Below are positions 42,225-50,787 of a stretch of DNA of 64,000 nucleotides, in pieces. A program made the translations under genes and the position numbers. Under the pieces are notes generated by a model that saw nothing but the letters and a program-made list of their open reading frames with translations, had not been told where the DNA came from and did not search any database. Each line of letters begins with the position of its first letter. Positions within the stretch are counted from its first letter, which is position 1. This DNA comes from Cyanidioschyzon merolae. Its lineage: Eukaryota. The stretch is from NCBI GenBank assembly GCA_000091205.1, contig AP006500.2. One strand, 5' to 3'.

Positions 42225-43763
42225 TTGGCTTGGGGTTTCCCAGTCACGCTGCCAGTCATGGTGCGCTGCGTCCACCTGCGACGACCTCGTTCGTGCATCG
42301 GGTTCGTGGACGCCCAGCTCATCAGGGACCACAGGAAACTGACACGATGTCGTTCGGATACAGGCGGGACAGGTCTGCGGTCGACCTGTTGTACGCGCCG
42401 CTGGTGCTGTGCTCAAGCGCAGCGTCTGCCGCTGCCGGAACGCAGCCCTGGTACGATCCTGCGGGTGGCGTGTGTCGGTGACGTTCACGACCAGTGGTCC
42501 GATGTTGACGCTCATCTTCTAGACACGGTGGTACAACCTGATGTGGTGCTTTTCACGGGTGATTACGGGAACGAGAACGTCGCCTTGGTGCGCAACATTG
42601 CAGCCTACGCGAGGAGGCGCTCTGGAGCAGCAACTTCAGCGCGCTGCGTTGCCAGTGTGTTCGGCAACCACGATGCCTGGTATACGGCTTCTGCACGGAG
42701 ACAAGCAGCAGCAGCAGCAGATGCTGCTGCTGCTGCGGGTTTGACACGTCGCTTCGGGGTTCCGTTGTTGGAAACGAAGGTCGAAGGTGCCGTTCGTGAG
42801 CAACTGGCTCTACTACGGGAGGTGGATGTGGGCTACGGCGTACGTACCGTTCACCTGGCCGAAAGAGATATAGGTGTACCGCTTTCCATTGTTGGGGGTC
42901 GCCCGTTCTCGTGGGGCGGCCCCAACTGGCGTTATCCTCGATTCTACGAGGAATATTTCCAAGTGTCCAGCATGGAGGAATCAGCTGCTCGCATTCGAGC
43001 CTGCCTCCGAGCAGAAGTGGAACGCGTTTGGTCCGCACGGCTTGAGCGCCTCGAGGAAGAGCGATCAGGGCAAGCTACCTCCAACCGACATCCGTCGAAG
43101 CAAGACGCGTTTGCTCCGGTGCCCTGTCTTGGAGTTCACCAGGTGGTCTTCCTCGCGCACAATGGGCCCTGTGGTCTCGGTGATGAGCCGCATGATATCT
43201 GTGGCCGTGACTTTGGCTTCGGCACTGCTGGAGGTACTGGATTCGATACCTCCAGCAAGCTGCAGGGTGACTTTGGGTGCCCGGACTTGGCCGACGTCAT
43301 TCAGTCGCTGAAAACGAAACCTATGATGGCGATCCTGGACGGAGAAGCCTCCGTTTTTATAGATGTGCCGCTTTGCGTCTTCGGGCACATGCACGAGCAG
43401 CTCCAGTGGGATCCACAAGGTTATGGAATCCGCCAAATGGTTGTCGAGAGCCATCATACTGTCTATGTGAATGCGGCTGTGGTGCCGCGCGTTCGTGCTG
43501 CTCGAGAAATTGCGGAGCTCAGCGGGCAAGCCAGCCTGGAGCCTGGCGAACAGCCTTTCCATAATTTCACGGTGATCGATATGGAACAACGTGCTTGTCG
43601 AGAGACAGAGGCAGCAACCTGCCCAGCGAAGGAACCCGATGATGCGCTCTATCGTGTGCGGAAGGTGTTTCAGGTGTGGCTGTCAGAGAAGGCGCCTCAA
43701 ACGGCGAGCTACGTAACCTGTCTGTATGAAAGCTCCACAGAATATGGGCAAGACCCGGAATGA
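42225..43763 (+). CDS. Calcineurin-like metallophosphoesterase domain protein
   Basis: The metallophosphoesterase motifs are RVACVGDVHDQW, VVLFTGDYGNEN and SVFGNHDAW, with a later GHMHE. The N-terminal ~70 aa of the ORF are Cys/Arg/Trp-rich and look non-coding. The true 5' end is uncertain and may lie in the upstream frame-shifted ORF (41771..42481) through a short intron. Confidence 0.65.
   Translation: MAWGFPVTLPVMVRCVHLRRPRSCIGFVDAQLIRDHRKLTRCRSDTGGTGLRSTCCTRRWCCAQAQRLPLPERSPGTILRVACVGDVHDQWSDVDAHLLDTVVQPDVVLFTGDYGNENVALVRNIAAYARRRSGAATSARCVASVFGNHDAWYTASARRQAAAAADAAAAAGLTRRFGVPLLETKVEGAVREQLALLREVDVGYGVRTVHLAERDIGVPLSIVGGRPFSWGGPNWRYPRFYEEYFQVSSMEESAARIRACLRAEVERVWSARLERLEEERSGQATSNRHPSKQDAFAPVPCLGVHQVVFLAHNGPCGLGDEPHDICGRDFGFGTAGGTGFDTSSKLQGDFGCPDLADVIQSLKTKPMMAILDGEASVFIDVPLCVFGHMHEQLQWDPQGYGIRQMVVESHHTVYVNAAVVPRVRAAREIAELSGQASLEPGEQPFHNFTVIDMEQRACRETEAATCPAKEPDDALYRVRKVFQVWLSEKAPQTASYVTCLYESSTEYGQDPE
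42703..42737. repeat. Palindromic trinucleotide tract (GCA)5 then (TGC)5
   Basis: The sequence gcagcagcagcagcagatgctgctgctgctgcg sits inside the metallophosphoesterase ORF, where it encodes a run of Ala, one Asp and a second run of Ala. Confidence 0.8.
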
Positions 43764-43913
43764 TTCGCGTATTTTTGGTTAAGGTAGATGCAGCGTGATG
43801 AGGAGGCCTCCAAACGGGCCGTGTATGGTGATTCTATTCGCCGAACTTGTATGACAAGCACGACGAATAAACATTGTAAGAATGCAGGCACGTGTAAAGG
43901 AAAACGATGCCTA

Positions 43914-44616
43914 GACGGATGGATGCATCCGGGAATCCATAAGCGGATAAGTGCATGAATCAATGAATACGAACGATGTATGCATGATTGAATGCATCCA
44001 TCCATACAACCGATGCATCCTGGTGACTCTGGGGTAACGTGGCAACTTGGATGATGATCGAATCCATGAATCAATGAACACGAACGATGTATGCATGATG
44101 GGATGCATCCATCCATACAACCGATGCATCCTGGTGACTCTGGGGTAACCTGGCAACTTGGATGATGATCGAATCCATGAATCAATGAACACGAACGATG
44201 TATGCATGATTGGTTGCATCCATCCATACAACCGATGCATCCTGGTGACTCTGGGGTAACGTGGCAACTTGGATGATGATCGAATCCATGAATCAATGAA
44301 CACGAACGATGTATGCATGATGGGATGCATCCATCCATACAACCGATGCATCCTGGTGACTCTGGGGTAACCTGGCAACTTGGATGATGATCGAATCCAT
44401 GAATCAATGAACACGAACGATGTATGCATGATTGGTTGCATCCATCCATACAACCGATGCATCCTGGTGACTCTGGGGTAACGTGGCAACTTGGATGATG
44501 ATCGAATCCATGAATCAATGAACACGAACGATGTATGCACGATTGGATGCATCCATCCATACAACCGATGCATCCTGGTGACTCTGGGGTAACGTGGCAA
44601 CTTGGATGATGATCGA
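43914..44616. repeat. Minisatellite with a 111-bp unit and about 6.3 copies (unit contains gatgcatcctggtgactctggggtaac[g/c]tggcaacttggatgatgatcgaatccatgaatcaatgaacacgaacgatgtatgcatgat[g/t]gg[a/t]tgcatccatccatacaacc)
   Basis: The anchor gatgcatcctggtgactctggggtaac recurs at 44011, 44122, 44233, 44344, 44455 and 44566. The unit is 37 codons, so both strands stay open across the array (the 283-aa and 229-aa ORFs) and are artefacts. Confidence 0.95.
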
Positions 44617-45259
44617 ATGCGAAGGAATGCAGAGGCTTTGCGATATCCTCATGCGAATGAATACATCAGTTTTCCCGTGACTTGCCAGAGATGCAGCTTA
44701 CAAGCTCCTCTTGATAGGTTCAAGAGCTGTCCATGAACATCAGTTTCGACTTCTCGGATGTCGAGTACGGTATCTGGTCGTTGCGTTGCTAGATTGCAAC
44801 TCTACCACTGGTGTTATCGAACTTGTCTAGACTTTTTGGAACTCAAGAAAACACGTTTTCCCTGGTCGCGTAATACCCTTTAACGATGCGTTCAGTTTGG
44901 AACGACACAGGTTGCTGGCATTTTCACCGGAGAACGTTCCTGAGAAACGCTTTCTGTCTTGTTCCGAAGCGTCGCAAAGCTTGACCCCTAAAGTTATGTC
45001 CCAGAAAACCGAACACCCGGCGGGGTCGGGTGCGAGTCTTCCTTTGAGGCGCTTCCGCTGCGCTGCGCGCCTTCTTCGATACCCGTTGTCGTTCGACGCT
45101 GCCGCACCAAAGCGAACAAAAAACTGCTTCTCGAACGAGAGCACGGTCGCGAAAACCAGGCAACAGAAACAACTATTCAGGCTTCAGTGCTGTCCGTTGG
45201 TAAGGTTACGACGTCGCTACAAACGGAACCGGAGCAGCGGTCTTTCTGCTTACCCGGTC

Positions 45260-45709
45260 TGTAAGCAGTCCGTCAGGGCAGATACCACGACGACGTCTAC
45301 AAACAGAGCAACACTAGCCGACGCTCATAGTTTGTGCGCTCCTGTGCAGCGTTCAAGCTCATCGTGCAACAAGTAAGCAGTCCGTCAGGGCAGATACCAC
45401 GACGACGTCTACAAACAGAGCAACAGTAGCCGACGCTCATAGTTTGTGCGCTCCTGTGCAGCGTTCAAGCTCATCGTGCAACAAGTAAGCAGTCCGTCAG
45501 GGCAGATACCACGACGACGTCTACAAACAGAGCAACAGTAGCCGACGCTCATAGTTTGTGCGCTCCTGTGCAGCGTTCAAGCTCATCGTGCAACAAGTAA
45601 GCAGTCCGTCAGGGCAGATACCACGACGACGTCTACAAACAGAGCAACAGTAGCCGACGCTCATAGTTTGTGCGCTCCTGTGCAGCGTTCAAGCTCATCG
45701 TGCAACAAG
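45260..45709. repeat. Minisatellite with a 112-bp unit and 4 copies (unit gtaagcagtccgtcagggcagataccacgacgacgtctacaaacagagcaacagtagccgacgctcatagtttgtgcgctcctgtgcagcgttcaagctcatcgtgcaacaa)
   Basis: Unit starts are at 45260, 45373, 45485 and 45597. It lies about 150 bp upstream of the POP1 start. Confidence 0.95.
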
Positions 45710-45861
45710 TCGGCTCTCGTTGCACCGCGTCTACTCGGCTGCTGCTGTGCTGAAAGCGTCCAGCGGTTCCAAGCACAGTCGAATAGCCGATCGAGCTAGG
45801 CTTGTTTTCGTTTGACGCTGTGAGCTTTGCGCCTGGTGCTTCCGCAACGATTCGGTGACTG

Positions 45862-48624
45862 ATGAAGACACCAGCTGCATACTGTGGCATTCCACGGGCG
45901 CTCGACGTCTCTGCATATGCTGCTGCACGTCTGAGAGAGTTGTGGCGACTGCAGCACGTCGTTCGAGCAGAGCAATGGCCCAACGTGAGCCGTAATAGAG
46001 CGCGGGCGGGTCGCTCAACGCGTCGTGTGTTCCAGTTATTGCCGTGGCATGCTCGTCGTCGAACGATGTCTTTCAGCACTCATCGTGTTCCGCGACCCTT
46101 CCGACACCTAGCTTGGGTTGAACTTTCGAAACAGCCGGCTGCTAGCCGCCGTTCAAGGCGTTCAAAGCTTACCAAGAAGGAACACTATCGTCGTCGGCGA
46201 TGGACTCGACGCGCCTACCGAAAGAGCGCCTTTCTTGTGAGAGATCGCTCCGAAGTAACGAGTCCATATGGCTGGCTCGAAACCCATGTCTGGCATGCGA
46301 AACGGATGCATATGTTTGAACCGTGCTGGGGCGGTCGACTCGCTTGGGCGCCCTGTGACCGAGGACTCAGAAGTTTCTGGCGCTGCGTATCCCGTGGTCA
46401 GTCTGATAAGCGCTGGAGACTCTGCAACGATATCTGCGCTATATATGATGCATCGTGGTATCGGGTGATTGAAATTCCTGAATACGTCGCACGCCATGTC
46501 CTACCGGGGCTCGTTGGAGAACGCACTTGGGCACGGCTTTGTTGTCAACCGGTCTGGCTTGGCTTGAAACGACTGGAAAATACCGCTATCTGGGATGAGT
46601 CAGGACGGATGATTGCTGCACAGGTGGAGTGGCTCTGGGAACCGCCCTCATTACCGATGTCGTCAGAGTCACGAAGAGAACCGGCTCCAGAGGGTACGCA
46701 ACCCATGGAAATCGAACAAACCGCAAGCAACGAGTCGGGGCACCTTGCTGGCCATTCGAAACGGCGTCTCTGGGCAATGGTACATCCACTCGTAAAAGAC
46801 GCTGTTCTGGAGTTGCTGCAAAGGGGCGTATCACGGATGTTGGCTTCCAGTCGACACGAGGCAGCTCCCGCGGAAGTGCATGCCACAACGCTTGATGAAC
46901 CTCTGGTATCGGGAACGCGCCCAAAGAGGCAGGAGGGAACCAGTGCTTTGCGATGCGCTGCACAAATGGAGCGCTCCCCAGACGCCCAAGAGCACACAAG
47001 TACCTGGTCAAATACCCCGGACACTGTGCAGGAGTTACCTGATGGTCTGGTTCGCTTCGAGTTGTACGGGAAGCGCTCCACAGAAGCGCTTCACCGAGCC
47101 CTGTTGAACGCCAACGCGCAAGGTCGAGACTGGATAGCATTCAGCCAGCTTGCGTCGCGGCTGGTATCTGCCGACAGCGTCAGCGGACAGAGCGTGTTTC
47201 ATCTGCATTGCGCAGATCCTCGACTGTTTTACCCTCCTAGAGTCCGAGTACCTGGACAAAGTCTATCGCAGACGCAAGCCGATTACAACTATGATGCCTT
47301 CGGGACGTATCTGCGCGCGGCGAGCGACTGGAAACGAAACTCCAGCCTGCCGGCCGCTATGCACGCGAGAACGCTCTTTGATACCACCTGGCGCAATGAG
47401 CTGGTGCTGAACGGCGTACGCGCTCTACCAGAAAGGTCATCTACTCGTATCCTCAGGTGGAAGCGGCGCCTAGCACGAGCAGAGGCTGCCTTGCAAGCAA
47501 CGCATAGTCGCCGGCCTGTTGCTGGAACGTGCGCTGCCGTCGTGCCGCGGACGTCATCCACAGCGCCTCCGCTCAAAAAGCGCCGCGTAGAGCCAGCACC
47601 TGCCGGGACGTTGTCGTCAAGCGCAGCTCTGGAAGCATCACGCGTGCTTGCAGGTGAAGCGCTCAGTGGATTGGCTGCTGCGCAGGCCGGTGAGCACTCG
47701 ACTTTGCTGCGCATACCCGTCGTGCTGCTGCATCGTCCAGCACAGGCGAGACGTCGATGGGACTCGGGCTGGGATGTGCTGCTCCCCAAGCGTTGGGCGA
47801 TGCCGTTCTGGAGCTCCCTGTGCTACGCGGGTGCTCGCGGTGTTGGTCTACGAGAGCGACGCTACGTCTATCACGAATCGGGCCGCTGTCATTTCCCAGA
47901 GGACTTTCCGGAGTGTAGGGAAGCGTACACACGCTGGGCTCAGCGCGACATTGAACGCGCTGCTGAGCAATGGAAACGAAGACCTCCGAGCAAAAGAGTG
48001 AATTTTACCCTGTACAGAGTACCGGAGCCTTTTGGTGTCGCCGATTGGCTCACGACGTCACTCTCTTCGGCGGGTAACGCGGCAGGAGCTGCCACCGCTG
48101 CTGTCGCTGGTGAAGAGTTGCATGTGCTTCGTTCGCGACAGGCCTTGATCGCACACGATGCGTACCAAACTGCATCGCATTCCGAGCAGCATCCCGTGTC
48201 CAGAGCTCGTTATCTTGTTCGAGTTCGTTTGCATCCGATCGGGCGAGCACCGCTGGCGACCAACGCTCTGATATGTTTGCCGCATACCGAGGACCTGGGC
48301 CTGGACGCCAGCACTAGTCACGCTCGAGTCGATGCGGTTCGGGAACAGCGCCCAGTGCCGGTCATCGAAGAACCTCGGGGTACGCACAACGACCACCAGT
48401 CAACAAGACAGGTCATCGGGCGACTGACCTGCAGTCAGTATTCGTGGAGCGACGGTTGTGTACGTGCATATGGTTTCGTCGATGTGGATACCCTGAACGT
48501 ATGTGCTGGTTTCGGATCTGCCAGCCAGAGACGCGCTGAACACCCGGTGGTGCTGGTACGCAACGTCACCAGCCGGGTGTATCGTTGGGCTCGACTCGAG
48601 CCGCTCTTCGACGAGGATACATAG
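45862..48624 (+). CDS. POP1: Ribonuclease P/MRP protein subunit POP1
   Basis: The N-terminal region VSAYAAARLRELWRLQ...LLPWHARRRTMSFSTHRVPRPFRHL matches the human POP1 N-terminus (VDKFAQARAAEISAML...[21 protein letters not shown]). It also carries the POP1 signature WLETHVWHAKRMHM (compare THIWHAKRFHM). Confidence 0.85.
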   Translation: MKTPAAYCGIPRALDVSAYAAARLRELWRLQHVVRAEQWPNVSRNRARAGRSTRRVFQLLPWHARRRTMSFSTHRVPRPFRHLAWVELSKQPAASRRSRRSKLTKKEHYRRRRWTRRAYRKSAFLVRDRSEVTSPYGWLETHVWHAKRMHMFEPCWGGRLAWAPCDRGLRSFWRCVSRGQSDKRWRLCNDICAIYDASWYRVIEIPEYVARHVLPGLVGERTWARLCCQPVWLGLKRLENTAIWDESGRMIAAQVEWLWEPPSLPMSSESRREPAPEGTQPMEIEQTASNESGHLAGHSKRRLWAMVHPLVKDAVLELLQRGVSRMLASSRHEAAPAEVHATTLDEPLVSGTRPKRQEGTSALRCAAQMERSPDAQEHTSTWSNTPDTVQELPDGLVRFELYGKRSTEALHRALLNANAQGRDWIAFSQLASRLVSADSVSGQSVFHLHCADPRLFYPPRVRVPGQSLSQTQADYNYDAFGTYLRAASDWKRNSSLPAAMHARTLFDTTWRNELVLNGVRALPERSSTRILRWKRRLARAEAALQATHSRRPVAGTCAAVVPRTSSTAPPLKKRRVEPAPAGTLSSSAALEASRVLAGEALSGLAAAQAGEHSTLLRIPVVLLHRPAQARRRWDSGWDVLLPKRWAMPFWSSLCYAGARGVGLRERRYVYHESGRCHFPEDFPECREAYTRWAQRDIERAAEQWKRRPPSKRVNFTLYRVPEPFGVADWLTTSLSSAGNAAGAATAAVAGEELHVLRSRQALIAHDAYQTASHSEQHPVSRARYLVRVRLHPIGRAPLATNALICLPHTEDLGLDASTSHARVDAVREQRPVPVIEEPRGTHNDHQSTRQVIGRLTCSQYSWSDGCVRAYGFVDVDTLNVCAGFGSASQRRAEHPVVLVRNVTSRVYRWARLEPLFDEDT

Positions 48625-48824
48625 CGAGAAGTTTCGCATGAACGTTGTCTATCGCAGCTGCGCTGGATGCGAGCAGAGGCAACGAAGCAGTGCACGCTTC
48701 CGTGGCTTTGACCAGTTCTTGAACCGTTCGGTACAACTAGCTCGCAAAAACACTGCACATCGCGTAGCTTCATTTGCGTCATCGCCAGAGCGCCAAAACC
48801 GGTGCTACCACGCCTTGCGCCCTT

Positions 48825-49400
48825 TTACGCCCGGTGCTTTTCATCGCGCTCCTGACCTGCCATACTATCGCTCGTTCGGATGCTGTGCAGGATCACATCG
48901 CGACTGCTCTCTTGGAATTCACCAGCCATGAACATATCATCTATGATTTGATACACGTTCGGAAAGTTGAATATGAGGTCTAGCTCGCAGACGTTCCCAA
49001 AATACCGATCGAGACACTCGACGAGCAAGTGGATCATATCGAGGGCGAGCAGCTCATTAGCCTCTCCGGTCGCCAAAGACTCTGCATCTATACAGAGTAT
49101 GATGTACAGGGCCGCATACCGGCGGTAGACGAGGCGATCTCTGTACTGTCCCGTTGTATGGAGCCGAACAGCGTCCGACACCGTTGGCTGCACGCCGTTT
49201 GTTTTGGAGGAGGCCGCACGCTGGCCCGCTACGGCGTTGTAGTAGTCGACTACATTGGACCAGTTGGGATCTCGCAGCAGCACCAGGTTCATCATGTCTC
49301 GAATGATGCGTTGCTTTTCCGCCTGGGTGAAAGATTCGAACCACTTTGCTACACGGACTTTGCCGTGGCGGCTCATCATTAACAAAAACCGAAACGTCAT
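48825..49400 (-). CDS. Adaptor protein complex sigma subunit (clathrin adaptor small chain)
   Basis: YRRYAALYIILCIDAESLATGEANELLALDMIHLLVECLDRYFGNVCELDLIFNFPNVYQIIDDMFMAGEFQESS aligns with the sigma-adaptin core (YRRYASLYFCFCVD...ELDLVFNF.KVY.ILDE.FLAGE). The N-terminus MTFRFLLMMSRHGKVRVAKWF is also typical. Which complex (AP-1 to AP-4) is not resolved. Confidence 0.85.
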   Translation of the reverse strand: MTFRFLLMMSRHGKVRVAKWFESFTQAEKQRIIRDMMNLVLLRDPNWSNVVDYYNAVAGQRAASSKTNGVQPTVSDAVRLHTTGQYRDRLVYRRYAALYIILCIDAESLATGEANELLALDMIHLLVECLDRYFGNVCELDLIFNFPNVYQIIDDMFMAGEFQESSRDVILHSIRTSDSMAGQERDEKHRA

Positions 49401-50748
49401 TTTTTCGGAACGATACTAGGACGCTGCTGCGGGTGCTTGCTCGTCCTGCAGAGGCCTTTTGTGCGGTCCCGCAGAGCAGTCTGTGTCACGTTCGCTTCCA
49501 CAACCTGCAGCCACCCGACGGGAGTGAAGGCCGAGCAGGCGAGCGCGCAAAGCACAGGTGCGTCCAAGAGCACTATTTGGTACGTTCCTCGAAACCGGAT
49601 GTAAACGAACAATCCAGCTTGTGACGCTAACACCTCGAGAGGCCAACGTGTTTCAAACGTGTAGCGAGGCACGTCTCTGCATGCACCCGGAGTTGCGTTC
49701 GGACTGGAGAGCGCCGTATCCGACGCTGCGCGAAAACACTTGTCCACGTGGCTGCTGCGACATGAAGGTGCTTGGACGCAGTGCGTTTGACAACCACAAC
49801 CGCCTAATGGAAGCATCACATAAGATTCTGCATATAGAACAATGATCAGAAACGAATGAATAACTAGCAACGACATAGTGATTTTTTGTCGCTCTACGGT
49901 AAACGTTTAAAGGGAGAAGAGCTTTCGGTATTTTCGACAGTTTACCCTATGAGCGGAAGGTCCCGCGAGCCGGACGAGTCTGTCGGGCTCCTGCTTCATG
50001 CTCCATACAGTGCCGAGTGCTGTCGTGAGACCTGAGCAGTTCGTCCGAAACGCAGTTTATTCTGGGACTGGGAGCGGGTAGATTTCATTCGGGCGTCGCC
50101 CGTATTGCAGTAATCGTCTAGTATATCGCTTCGCGCTGCCGCAGGCAGCAGGTCTATCAGCACAACTTGCAGGCTCCCAGAATGATACCGAATGCCGATT
50201 CGGTCTTGAATGAACCATCCCTCGAGCTGACACCCTCTTTGGTATGGCAGAGCCGTTCTGCCTCCGTGCTGCATCTGCTCCATCTGAAAAACAAACGCGC
50301 AAAGGTGGGTGCTCAAAGCAGACTAGGTGCCCAGTGGAACATACGAAACGGCCAGTATATGCCAGAGGAAGTACAATTGATGGAACTTGGAGATAGGGTG
50401 CAGCAGCAAGATGGACGCTTTCTCACTTAACAATATCCATCCCGTATTCTGGGATCCCTAGTCCAGCGAAATCTCCGAATCAAAACATGGAGTGATGCGC
50501 GACTGGCGGCGACGTTGATAAACTAGGCCTCTTCTCAGCGCTCAACGGACGACACATTCCTGGTGAAAGGTTCGTACGAATAGTGCGTGTTTGAGATACC
50601 TGCAGCTCACATACTTGAACGTGCGACAAATATGGTCACAGGTGTGTGCTAGTTAAGGTGTTTCCTTGTGTTTTCTGCGACTCAACGCTAACTTCCGACG
50701 GCTCGTTCACCTAGACGCCTGCGTCAGTGTCGCTCAGCCAGGTAAAGC

Positions 50749-50787
50749 GTGTGTGTCTGTGTCTGTGTGTGTGTGCGCGTGTGTGAG
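50749..50787. repeat. (GT)n / (GTGTCT) dinucleotide-rich microsatellite
   Basis: The sequence gtgtgtgtctgtgtctgtgtgtgtgtgcgcgtgtgtg is seen directly. Confidence 0.9.

Noticed and set aside
43709-44600. 283-aa and 229-aa Cys/His-rich minus-strand ORFs
   Set aside because: They lie entirely within the 111-bp (37-codon) minisatellite and both strands are open. There is no frame-specific conservation.
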